Origin: a virus
IMG/VR virus record: IMGVR_UViG_3300032213_001560
DNA length: 43,757 nt
Reading direction: 5' to 3' (one strand)
Position numbers and translations under genes: made by a program. The notes under the pieces are model-generated. The model was not told the DNA's origin, did not search any database, and worked only from the letters and a program-made list of their open reading frames with translations. Shown here in pieces: positions 32,585-39,843 of this stretch (position 1 is its first letter; each line of letters opens with the position of its first letter).

Positions 32585-32743
32585 TTATCCATTGGTTTTT
32601 CTTTCAACGCCACAGCCGACCAGATGTTGTAGGGTGCTTAAAAATGGTGAAACTTGCTTGCATTTTGTGCAACGCCAACCAATGACTCGATTACGGTCAT
32701 CATATATTTCATCCACTGATTTATTGATACTGTTTTCTTTCAT
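32585..32743 (-). CDS. small Cys/His protein (52 aa), zinc-binding candidate
   Basis: Manual translation: MKENSINKSVDEIYDDRNRVIGWRCTKCKQVSPFLSTLQHLVGCGVERKTNG (CxxC ... HxxxC). Confidence 0.45.
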   Translation of the reverse strand: MKENSINKSVDEIYDDRNRVIGWRCTKCKQVSPFLSTLQHLVGCGVERKTNG

Positions 32744-32793
32744 ATATTATAACCACATATTTCAAATGTTCGTTTAAGGTAAGTGCTATTAGC

Positions 32794-32988
32794 TTATTTT
32801 GACACGTCCGATTTGTTCGATAGTTTTGCTTTAATCACATTTTCCTTAATAAACTCACGGCGTTCTTTACGAGTCATTTCTGGATAAGCCTCAATCAATG
32901 CTTCGTGCTGTTGTTTAATAAACTGTTTTCTTTTTGGTGAATCAGTCATATCATCACTTTCATCATTGCTGCAAAATAATAAAGACAT
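32794..32988 (-). CDS. hypothetical protein (64 aa; alternative start at 32949)
   Basis: ORF track. Charged, helical-looking sequence. Confidence 0.55.
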   Translation of the reverse strand: MSLLFCSNDESDDMTDSPKRKQFIKQQHEALIEAYPEMTRKERREFIKENVIKAKLSNKSDVSK

Positions 32989-33109
32989 GGGCGCAAAGCA
33001 ACACTGATAAGGCTAGTGCTAACGTGCAGCCAGCTATTCTATTAAAGCGCGATGTTGACGTAACGCCAATCAAACAGCTTGCTGTAATAAGTATAATTAT
33101 TTTTCCCAT
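32963..33109 (-). CDS. hypothetical two-TM peptide (48 aa)
   Basis: Manual translation: MGKIIILITASCLIGVTSTSRFNRIAGCTLALALSVLLCAHVFIILQQ. It overlaps track ORF 32794..32988 unless that ORF starts at 32949. Confidence 0.3.
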   Translation of the reverse strand: MGKIIILITASCLIGVTSTSRFNRIAGCTLALALSVLLCAHVFIILQQ

Positions 33110-33134
33110 ATCAGTTCCTATCACTTAATCGTTG

Positions 33135-33160
33135 TGCGCTGTAATAACCCGTACAGCGCA
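33135..33160. other. perfect 9-bp hairpin (tgtgcgctgta / tacagcgca) with an 8-nt loop in an intergenic gap
   Basis: 33135..33143 pairs with 33152..33160. No adjacent U-run on either strand. Confidence 0.6.
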
Positions 33161-33229
33161 ACGGGGATGGACTAAGCTCCACCCACTATTTAGCAGTAAT
33201 GTACACTCCTTGCTAAATTCTTTCATTTC

Positions 33230-33508
33230 TCATCTTTCTGTTCTGACGGGGGCGACTGCCCCACCCTCCACATCGGTTTGCTTGTCCTTGAACTTCTGCC
33301 ATTGAGCAATCATATAATCCGCCAATTCAATACGGTCTTCTTTTGTCAAATCGTCTTCATCCGGCTCGTCCCATTCGCATGGCTCTATTTGAAATCCGCC
33401 ATCATACCCCTCAGAAACAGTTAAATCTGGGGATAAACCGATAATGCCGCGATTAGCAGATCGAGTCCTGCCGCTTAAAAATGTGACTGTATTTCCTTTA
33501 ATTTCCAT
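33230..33508 (-). CDS. hypothetical protein (92 aa)
   Basis: ORF track. Acidic central region. No motif recognised. Confidence 0.65.
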   Translation of the reverse strand: MEIKGNTVTFLSGRTRSANRGIIGLSPDLTVSEGYDGGFQIEPCEWDEPDEDDLTKEDRIELADYMIAQWQKFKDKQTDVEGGAVAPVRTER

Positions 33509-33525
33509 AAAACCCTATAGTTGCT

Positions 33526-34269
33526 TCAGTATTCTACGTTAAAAGTGACCACGCCGCCCCAGCCAGTACCGCCATCGGTTATCACAAAATGCGGCCATTC
33601 TTTAATATCATTCCTTGCTGGAATGCGTAAATGTATCGGCAAATCAACAAATTCTTCTTTCCCGTACTTCTCTAGAGATTGATAAAGCGATTCCTTGCAG
33701 TTACCTAATGTAACAATCACACGAGGGATTACTGGTGTTTCGTCTTTATACATTTTTCCTGTAGCTGAAAATACTTCATCAGAAGTAAACGTATCACGAA
33801 ATATTGCTGGAACGATATTCAGTTTCATAACTTCAGTGATATGGTATTTTACAGCCTTTCTGAATTGCACGGTCAGCCAGCGATCTTCCTGATTTTCGCA
33901 TTCAACTTCGATTAAATATTTCCGGCATCCAGTGGTTTTTCGGCGCGGCTCGTCAGTGGCATCAAATCGTGAAGCCGTTACGATAAATTCTTCTGGCGCT
34001 CGGCTTAAGTCGTTTTTCCATTCTTTCACTTTTTCAGGAAACATTTTCCCTGCTTTTTTGAAATCCAACTTCCGCATGGACGGAACATCATCTGCTGACG
34101 CATGGGCAAAATACGGCATGAATTTAGCTATTTCTGGCCGTACAGAGTATATCGTGACCTTGCTGAAGGGGTAGCCCTGCGGCCTGTCGGTACGTGCTGC
34201 TAGATCAGATGTACAGCCGTCTATCGCATTCATGTCCAATAGTGGGTCAAAGTCCATCGTAAAACTCAA
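33526..34269 (-). CDS. hypothetical protein (247 aa; TTG start at 34269, or ATG at 34257)
   Basis: ORF track. Largest unknown ORF of this block, directly downstream of the wHTH gene. No motif recognised. Confidence 0.7.
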   Translation of the reverse strand: MSFTMDFDPLLDMNAIDGCTSDLAARTDRPQGYPFSKVTIYSVRPEIAKFMPYFAHASADDVPSMRKLDFKKAGKMFPEKVKEWKNDLSRAPEEFIVTASRFDATDEPRRKTTGCRKYLIEVECENQEDRWLTVQFRKAVKYHITEVMKLNIVPAIFRDTFTSDEVFSATGKMYKDETPVIPRVIVTLGNCKESLYQSLEKYGKEEFVDLPIHLRIPARNDIKEWPHFVITDGGTGWGGVVTFNVEY

Positions 34270-34466
34270 GTTCTAGTTTGGTTTGTATCAATAACTTCCC
34301 ACGCATACGTCACACGCAACATCCCCGCCGCTAGTAACGCCTTCCGGTGATAATCAACCGTTGACGTGGAACTAATCCCAGAAGCTTCGCCCAATTCCTT
34401 TAGGGTAGCTTGTGGGTTTTTCTTGATGTACTTTAACATCTTTTTGTGCGTGTCTGTAATCTTCAT
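34266..34466 (-). CDS. winged-helix DNA-binding regulator (66 aa)
   Basis: MLKYIKKNPQATLKELGEASGISSTSTVDYHRKALLAAGMLRV follows the MarR/DeoR-type wHTH pattern. A near-consensus promoter is placed for leaderless expression. Confidence 0.65.
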   Translation of the reverse strand: MKITDTHKKMLKYIKKNPQATLKELGEASGISSTSTVDYHRKALLAAGMLRVTYAWEVIDTNQTRT

Positions 34467-34472
34467 GTAAGT

Positions 34473-34501
34473 ATATTAGAAAGTTTCACAAGCAGAGTCA
34501 A
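34473..34501 (-). promoter_or_regulatory. near-consensus sigma70-type promoter (TTGACT-17-TAATAT) positioned for a leaderless wHTH transcript
   Basis: Reverse complement of 34496..34501 is TTGACT. A 17-nt spacer follows, and the reverse complement of 34473..34478 is TAATAT. Only 6 nt (acttac) separate the -10 from ATG 34466, and there is no SD. Confidence 0.5.
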
Positions 34502-34633
34502 TCGGTATTTCCATTTTATTTCTTTCTATTTCGATTGTCTGGTCTATCTCTGCTGCTAGCTGTTAAAAATCCCACGCGCCGTTATTTTCAAGGATATGAG
34601 CCACAAGCCACTCTGCTATTTTCTGCCCTTGTG

Positions 34634-34867
34634 TCATTCCTTAACCATCCCGTTAGAATACTCGCTAGGGTACAATTCATCCAAAAACTTGCTGCTATCT
34701 GGCGTGTATAAACTGCCAGCAGGATAAAGCGCGAACATATGCCTATTGTCGTATGGGTGACGGCCTAAGTATTTGAGGCGGTCAGATGAAACAACTTTCT
34801 TGGTGAGGAAGTCTATTTCATCGTGTTTATATTCACACCCTATCGTCAGGCTGGTTGTGTTGGTCAT
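34634..34867 (-). CDS. hypothetical protein (77 aa)
   Basis: ORF track. ATGA junction with the upstream ORF. Confidence 0.65.
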   Translation of the reverse strand: MTNTTSLTIGCEYKHDEIDFLTKKVVSSDRLKYLGRHPYDNRHMFALYPAGSLYTPDSSKFLDELYPSEYSNGMVKE

Positions 34868-35070
34868 GACCTGCGATCCCTTTCTTGGTCTAATTGCAAA
34901 AGAAGCTCGTCTATAATTGACTCAAGCCTATCTATGTGGTTGGATATTCTCCTAATATCATTACCAGCTATATAGCAATAAGATTCGCCACGGCACAGAT
35001 GATGGTTCCAGTTACACCACTCTTGCGCCATCCGTCCCTTATCAATAGCGTTATCGAATATGTTGCTCAC
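34864..35070 (-). CDS. hypothetical protein (68 aa)
   Basis: ORF track. ATGA junctions at both ends. Confidence 0.65.
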   Translation of the reverse strand: MSNIFDNAIDKGRMAQEWCNWNHHLCRGESYCYIAGNDIRRISNHIDRLESIIDELLLQLDQERDRRS

Positions 35071-35315
35071 TCCGCATCTCCTTGATCGGTCTTGGGTTTA
35101 TCATCTAAATAAAAACTCACTAATCGCTGCCCACCGGAATTTTCCAATATTAGGTTATTATTGTGATACGCCCTCACATGCCAACATCCGGTGTATGGTG
35201 TGGTTAAAGTACGAAATATTGCTTCTAAATCACACCTATTACCTACAGACAGATTGATTGATATAGGCGGTATTTTATTTGGCAATTGGTCAATAGTCTG
35301 CTTGCGCTTTATCAT
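35067..35315 (-). CDS. hypothetical protein (82 aa)
   Basis: ORF track. Overlapping junctions with both neighbours. Confidence 0.65.
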   Translation of the reverse strand: MIKRKQTIDQLPNKIPPISINLSVGNRCDLEAIFRTLTTPYTGCWHVRAYHNNNLILENSGGQRLVSFYLDDKPKTDQGDAE

Positions 35316-35554
35316 TTGCCCTCCTCGCCCTTGGATTCTGGCTGGATGGTTAATAATAATTCCGGCGATGGTCGTTTAGCATTTAAGAAGTTAGCAACCT
35401 TTTGCGCTTGTCTGTAGGTAAAGCCCCATTGGTAGCCCATGATTATTTTGTTATCATCTGAGATAATTCCAGCAACACTTCCATGTCCATTCCAACCACT
35501 CTTATCAAGATAATCACTCGCGTGAACTGGGTAGCTAAACATTGGACTCTCCAT
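35312..35554 (-). CDS. hypothetical protein (80 aa)
   Basis: ORF track. No motif recognised. Confidence 0.65.
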   Translation of the reverse strand: MESPMFSYPVHASDYLDKSGWNGHGSVAGIISDDNKIIMGYQWGFTYRQAQKVANFLNAKRPSPELLLTIQPESKGEEGK

Positions 35555-36125
35555 CTTCTATATCGGTGGTTGGTAACGGTGAATGTTTTGGCTTCGCTGC
35601 TTGCTTGGCTCTGATAGCTTCAATCTTAGTCCAAATACGCGCTAACTCGGTTTCGCCGTTCTGGTGCATGTCAAGGCCATTTGCCAAGCATAAAGCGGCA
35701 TGTGTTACCATCACTCCACCGCTTTCCTGATACGGATATCCAACCGGACGATTAAAGACGTAATCAACCAACTGGTGACATTCGCTTGCCGTTGCGCCGC
35801 AAGCCTGCACCAATTCAAGTGCTTCCTCAATAAAGCGGTGATTACGCTCTGTCTTGTCGAAAGGAATTACATCGCCGAAACACTCTCGCATCCACGGTTC
35901 AACACGCTGTTGAAAACTACCCGATTCCCGCTTGATTGCTGTTAGTTGATCAAATTCCGCAAGTGTCAACACGATGTAGGGCTGCGGCGTTTGATCCGGC
36001 TGATTGGTTTTAGCGGCTTCGTACCATGAGCAAATTACCCTAGCCTCCCCGATGGAAACATTATCATGCAAAGAATTGCCCAATTTTATCTGAACGTGTT
36101 CAAACGCTTTTTCATCAATCTTCAT
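35535..36125 (-). CDS. MazG-like nucleoside triphosphate pyrophosphohydrolase (DUF550-like C-terminal domain), 196 aa
   Basis: EPWMRECFG...ERNHRFIEEALELVQACG...QLVDYVFNRPVGYPYQESGGVMVTHAALC...ELARIWTKIEAIRAKQ follows the all-alpha NTP-PPase pattern (RxxEExxEL ... E/D pairs) as I recall it for phage dATP/dGTP pyrophosphohydrolases. Confidence 0.5.
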   Translation of the reverse strand: MKIDEKAFEHVQIKLGNSLHDNVSIGEARVICSWYEAAKTNQPDQTPQPYIVLTLAEFDQLTAIKRESGSFQQRVEPWMRECFGDVIPFDKTERNHRFIEEALELVQACGATASECHQLVDYVFNRPVGYPYQESGGVMVTHAALCLANGLDMHQNGETELARIWTKIEAIRAKQAAKPKHSPLPTTDIEDGESNV

Positions 36126-36387
36126 GGTATTTTACTCCTGCTGCGTCTAAGACGGCTTTTGCTATAGCTCTTTGATGATGTTTGTAATCTAAATATATGC
36201 CGTCCAGATTTACACATCCAACTGCTGAAGCGCATACACCAATCGACACAGGCTTGCGTTGGCGCACAATATCTATGCAATCATCAACCGCAGTCCTGTA
36301 AACCCGTTCTGAATACTCTGGCGCATCTGCGTTAGGGCGTAATGCTTCCAACTTCTCAATCAGCGAGCTGGTTGGGTCAGATGTCAT
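36115..36387 (-). CDS. hypothetical protein (90 aa from ATG 36387; track start 36474)
   Basis: The internal ATG at 36387 forms an ATGA junction with the stop of the 36384..36524 ORF, which argues for the shorter form. Confidence 0.5.
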   Translation of the reverse strand: MTSDPTSSLIEKLEALRPNADAPEYSERVYRTAVDDCIDIVRQRKPVSIGVCASAVGCVNLDGIYLDYKHHQRAIAKAVLDAAGVKYHED

Positions 36388-36524
36388 AACGCTGCCCATA
36401 TCATTAATACAATTATTACCCCAGTTATTGAGCCGCCAATAACTCCGCTTTGCGGCATCCAAAACTGCCACCATTTAGCATCTTCACGCCACCAACGTAC
36501 TATCAGTTCATTGTGGTTGCTCAT
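36384..36524 (-). CDS. Trp-rich single-TM peptide (46 aa; track ORF extends to 36608)
   Basis: MSNHNELIVRWWREDAKWWQFWMPQSGVIGGSITGVIIVLMIWAAL. The longer track form would overlap the methyltransferase 3' end by 56 nt. Confidence 0.4.
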   Translation of the reverse strand: MSNHNELIVRWWREDAKWWQFWMPQSGVIGGSITGVIIVLMIWAAL

Positions 36525-36552
36525 ACTCCTGAACCCTTTGTTCTGTCTTGTT

Positions 36553-37569
36553 TCATAATGGTAGCCCCTCTTGCGCCGTTCTTTTGTCTTGAAGTGGTGC
36601 ATAATCATTATTCAGTTCGCACCCTATCCATTTCCTGCCTAGCCGTTGCGATACTTCTCCAGTTGTCCCGCTGCCGAAAAATGGGTCGAACACAATGCCG
36701 CCTGTTGGAGCGCCAGCTAATATACATGGCTCAATTAATTTTTCAGGGAAAGTAGCAAAATGAGCGCCTACATATGGCATTGTTGCAACCTCCCACACTG
36801 TTCGCTTGTTCCGCATGTTTACTATAGATTTTGGGGACTGTTGGCCTTCTCCGTGTTTACCGTTCGGGTGCCGTATGGTAATACCATTTTTTGTTTCGGT
36901 AATTTCCCTGCCGCGTAGTTTTGCCTCTTTGCTGTCGTATCCATAGAGCCTATCGCGTACTATACCGGGCGGCCTATTGTCTCCGCTTTCAAGGGCATAT
37001 ATGGCCTGCTCTTTTATTGCATCGCAGTCGTAATAATAATCCTTATTTTTAGTTAACAGGAATATATACTCATGCGTTTTTGTCGGCCTATCAGTCACGC
37101 TTTCTGGCATCGGGTTAGGCTTGTACCAGATAATATCACTGCGAAGATACCACCCATTTGCTTGCAAGGCAAAAGCTACTCTCCACGGAATACCGATTAG
37201 GTCTTTCTCTTTAAGTCCATTAAGTTTATTGCCGCGCCGCGCACATGTGTCTGGTAAATCCTGTTTGTTATTGCTAACCGTCTGCTTTGCTAGTGCTTGC
37301 CCTAATCCCGGACGATAGTTATAATACGAATCCCCCAAGTTTAACCAGAGAGTACCATCATCTTGCAATAGATCACGCACCAGACCAAATACCTCAACCA
37401 TATTGGCAACGTATGCTTCTGGCGACTCCTCAAGCCCTAACTGCCCTTCATGCCCATAGTCACGCAATCCCCAATACGGAGGCGATGTAACGCATGTCTG
37501 TACCTTTACGCCATCAGCAATTAACTGGCGCATGGTTTCACGGCAATCCCCGAAGAAGCATTTATTCAT
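36553..37569 (-). CDS. beta-class DNA methyltransferase (N4-cytosine or N6-adenine), 338 aa
   Basis: Motif IV TSPPYWGLRDY lies near the N-terminus and motif I VFDPFFGSGTTGEV near the C-terminus (order IV then I). Start taken at ATG 37569 (MNKCFFGDCRETM...), with AGGAG/TAAGG upstream. The track start 37659 adds an implausible hydrophobic extension. Confidence 0.85.
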   Translation of the reverse strand: MNKCFFGDCRETMRQLIADGVKVQTCVTSPPYWGLRDYGHEGQLGLEESPEAYVANMVEVFGLVRDLLQDDGTLWLNLGDSYYNYRPGLGQALAKQTVSNNKQDLPDTCARRGNKLNGLKEKDLIGIPWRVAFALQANGWYLRSDIIWYKPNPMPESVTDRPTKTHEYIFLLTKNKDYYYDCDAIKEQAIYALESGDNRPPGIVRDRLYGYDSKEAKLRGREITETKNGITIRHPNGKHGEGQQSPKSIVNMRNKRTVWEVATMPYVGAHFATFPEKLIEPCILAGAPTGGIVFDPFFGSGTTGEVSQRLGRKWIGCELNNDYAPLQDKRTAQEGLPL

Positions 37570-37726
37570 TAACCTTAGCTCCTGGATCCCTCGTTCTGAC
37601 TTGCTCCAACTGTTTACGATAATTGTGCAGACGGTGCAGATCATCGCCAGCAGTACCAAACATTTCTATGTCTTGCTCCAAGGCGGCAATCCGAGTTTCG
37701 TAATAACTTGCTGTATCTGGTTCCAT
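37562..37726 (-). CDS. hypothetical small protein (54 aa)
   Basis: Manual translation: MEPDTASYYETRIAALEQDIEMFGTAGDDLHRLHNYRKQLEQVRTRDPGAKVNE. GAGGAG lies 5 nt upstream. Its stop overlaps the methyltransferase ATG (ATGAATAA). Confidence 0.55.
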   Translation of the reverse strand: MEPDTASYYETRIAALEQDIEMFGTAGDDLHRLHNYRKQLEQVRTRDPGAKVNE

Positions 37727-37779
37727 ACTCACTCCTCGACATTTACTCTTGTTACTTAACTACCCATACCGTTATTCGT

Positions 37780-38394
37780 TTACTCTGGCAGATTCACTTG
37801 CTCTGTTTGTGCCTCTGCTATCCGTTTTGCTTCAAGCACATCTACATCGTCGGCAATCTTACGCATCTCAGCGCCAAATGCAGCAAGGTGCTTTTTCTTC
37901 TCTTTAGGAACCGCCTTTAACCAAGCGTCTAATGCAGCCCCGCCTTGTCCAGCAACGTCACGACATTCTTGTTTGAGTGCTTCAAGATCGGTGTCTATAG
38001 TCATTACCAGTGGCTTAACAGTGAAGGGCTTGCGATTGCTTTTAGATGTAGTCAAAGCCATCACGCGCTCGGCTGGTATATCGCTTAAATGGCTAATACG
38101 AATGCCACCCACTTCCATGCCAGCCCACTTAACTGTAGGGTCGCCATACAGCGTTAATGACTTACCAACATACGATTGTCCTTGACCGCCCCAACAATTC
38201 ACCAGAACACGGCACATTGATTTGCATGGCTTCCACGGTTTGCCGCCATCATTTTCATAGTTAATCAAAATTGGTTGCTCACCAGAAACTTTTGAAACTT
38301 TGGTAATTTTAATTGTGAGAGTTTTACCGCCACAAAAATCATCAAAATTCAATTGGTCTGACTTTGGTTGTATTACTGATGTCATATCGGTCAT
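37780..38394 (-). CDS. hypothetical protein downstream of the exonuclease (204 aa)
   Basis: ORF track. ATGA junction with the YqaJ-like gene. No motif recognised. Confidence 0.7.
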   Translation of the reverse strand: MTDMTSVIQPKSDQLNFDDFCGGKTLTIKITKVSKVSGEQPILINYENDGGKPWKPCKSMCRVLVNCWGGQGQSYVGKSLTLYGDPTVKWAGMEVGGIRISHLSDIPAERVMALTTSKSNRKPFTVKPLVMTIDTDLEALKQECRDVAGQGGAALDAWLKAVPKEKKKHLAAFGAEMRKIADDVDVLEAKRIAEAQTEQVNLPE

Positions 38395-39062
38395 ACGCTT
38401 ATCTCCCTATCAACTCGTTCTGTTGGTATCAAGCCAACGATTTTTTCACCATATTCAACAATAATCTTATCCAGCTTCTCATGGAAAATAGTTGCTGCTT
38501 TAATAATTGCAGCTTGCACTTTCTCATCTGGCAAGGCGCGGATAACCTTCATCGGCATACCACCGCAATAACTAATGTAGTCCAGCCATTCACGCTCGGA
38601 TACAAGCAATCCTGTCTGCACCTGAATAACATGCTCGTCAGGAATTAGACCAGTCATGATAACTTCCATCTGGAATTTCTGCTTGCGTGATTTGGCCTCA
38701 ATTGCTCCAACGTCACCGCATAACCCATCTGGCGAGTACCCTAGCGTAAATCCCCACTTGTCGTTTGTAATGAAGCCGCATGTCGTAACTGGCTCATAGT
38801 TTTCATCATATGTACCACGCGCATATGACTCATCATCGGAACCGCGCAACATATCGTCACCAATATAGGTAGGCTCAACATAATTGTTAATACGCTGTGC
38901 TGCCAATTCGTATAAATGCGCTTTCTCTTTTTCATTCTGCGCGTATTCCAGTTTCTTAGCGGTGATGATTAACTTCATTTCGGATGCCGTCAGCAATCCG
39001 CAACGCAAGGCCAACCACTCAGCCGAACCTTGGTAAACCTCGTTATGGTATGTGATGGTCAT
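38391..39062 (-). CDS. YqaJ-type (lambda Exo-like, PD-(D/E)XK) recombination exonuclease, 223 aa
   Basis: QGSAEWLALRCGLLTASEM, YSPDGL and GAIEAKSRK reproduce the YqaJ family signature (QxSxEWxxxRxGxxTAS, SPDG, ExK). Confidence 0.8.
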   Translation of the reverse strand: MTITYHNEVYQGSAEWLALRCGLLTASEMKLIITAKKLEYAQNEKEKAHLYELAAQRINNYVEPTYIGDDMLRGSDDESYARGTYDENYEPVTTCGFITNDKWGFTLGYSPDGLCGDVGAIEAKSRKQKFQMEVIMTGLIPDEHVIQVQTGLLVSEREWLDYISYCGGMPMKVIRALPDEKVQAAIIKAATIFHEKLDKIIVEYGEKIVGLIPTERVDREISV

Positions 39063-39184
39063 TTCTTTGCTTCCTCAGGTTTAACGCCTATTCCATTCCA
39101 CGGTAAAATGCCGCACCGCTTACACTTGCGAACGTTCTTCCGTTTTCGTATTCCGCCTTTGCCGCATTTTGGACAACTAGCCAT
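39059..39184 (-). CDS. zinc-ribbon mini-protein (41 aa)
   Basis: Manual translation: MASCPKCGKGGIRKRKNVRKCKRCGILPWNGIGVKPEEAKK (CxxC-13-CxxC, very basic). ATGA junction with the exonuclease gene. Confidence 0.6.
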   Translation of the reverse strand: MASCPKCGKGGIRKRKNVRKCKRCGILPWNGIGVKPEEAKK

Positions 39185-39207
39185 ATTAAATCTCCGTTGG
39201 CAGTTCG

Positions 39208-39300
39208 GGGGAGTGATATACGTCCGTAAATCTCACTACCACTCCCCTTAATATGCTTCTTCGCTTACGCTAGTAAGCGTCTGTTCGCGCATGCGAACAG
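39208..39300. other. three consecutive stem-loops in a 180-nt intergenic gap (structured RNA/DNA element)
   Basis: ggggagtg (39208..39215) pairs with cactcccc (39240..39247). cgcttac-gcta-gtaagcg spans 39262..39279. ctgttcgc-gcat-gcgaacag spans 39281..39300. All stems are perfect by direct reading. Confidence 0.7.
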
Positions 39301-39363
39301 ATAGGACAAGCAGGTCTGTGAGAACATGGACACCAGTGCCACCCTGCTTGCTATTCTTCATTG

Positions 39364-39843
39364 CTAAGCCACTTTCTCTGCTTCGGCTTCCACAACTGTT
39401 TCTGTTAGGGGTGATGCCAACATCAAGGCAAGACCCTCTTTCTCTTTTTCGCTCATGGCTTCTGTCATGCTGGCCTGTAGCTCACGGCGGCGTTTACGCT
39501 TCTCTGCATCTTTCAATGCTTCAATAGCTGAATTTTCCCATGCTTTTACTTTTTCAGCATCGGCCATATTAACAGTGCCAATAATCCAATTAATAGTTTT
39601 TGTTGTGTCCATCCAGTCATCAACGTCAACCTCGACAACCTTGCATGTCGTGATGTTGTGGCGTGTATTTGATGGCACGATTACATAGTCATCCACCTTG
39701 AGTGTCTTATCAAAGGTTTTAAATAGTTCCCTTGGTGCTTTGGTATGCGCGGTATCTGGCTCGTAAATAACCTTAACGCAACGTGCATCTGGATTCATGA
39801 TTAGAATTGCTGTTGAGTAATTCATTGTACTATTCCCTTTCAA
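39364..39843 (-). CDS. hypothetical protein (159 aa)
   Basis: ORF track. C-terminal charged coiled-coil-like tail. No function recognised. Confidence 0.7.
   Translation of the reverse strand: MKGNSTMNYSTAILIMNPDARCVKVIYEPDTAHTKAPRELFKTFDKTLKVDDYVIVPSNTRHNITTCKVVEVDVDDWMDTTKTINWIIGTVNMADAEKVKAWENSAIEALKDAEKRKRRRELQASMTEAMSEKEKEGLALMLASPLTETVVEAEAEKVA

Noticed and set aside
32518-32592. 24-codon linker ORF between the Cys/His protein and the Gly-rich protein. A similar 24-codon ORF lies at 34563..34637.
   Set aside because: They are too short to support. The 32518..32592 stretch contains the GGAGG SD of the downstream gene, which explains its conservation of frame. Noted only as possible translational-coupling spacers.
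33187-33216. Possible minus-strand promoter TTAGCA-18-TAAATA upstream of the trpS-side genes
   Set aside because: It has an 18-nt spacer and weak hexamers, and it directly abuts the stop of the upstream gene. It is not distinguishable from chance in AT-rich sequence without experimental 5' ends.
35535-36125. MazG-like protein as MazZ of a diaminopurine (Z-genome) pathway
   Set aside because: No PurZ (adenylosuccinate-synthetase-like) or DatZ homolog was recognised anywhere in the window, so a Z-base pathway is unsupported. A generic NTP pyrophosphohydrolase role is retained.
39248-39361. 37-codon minus-strand ORF (MKNSKQGGTGVHVLTDLLVLSVRMREQTLTSVSEEAY) in the hairpin-rich gap
   Set aside because: Its sequence is largely dictated by two perfect palindromic hairpins. 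It has no SD and starts 2 nt after the upstream stop. Structure seems a better explanation than coding, but this is not excluded.
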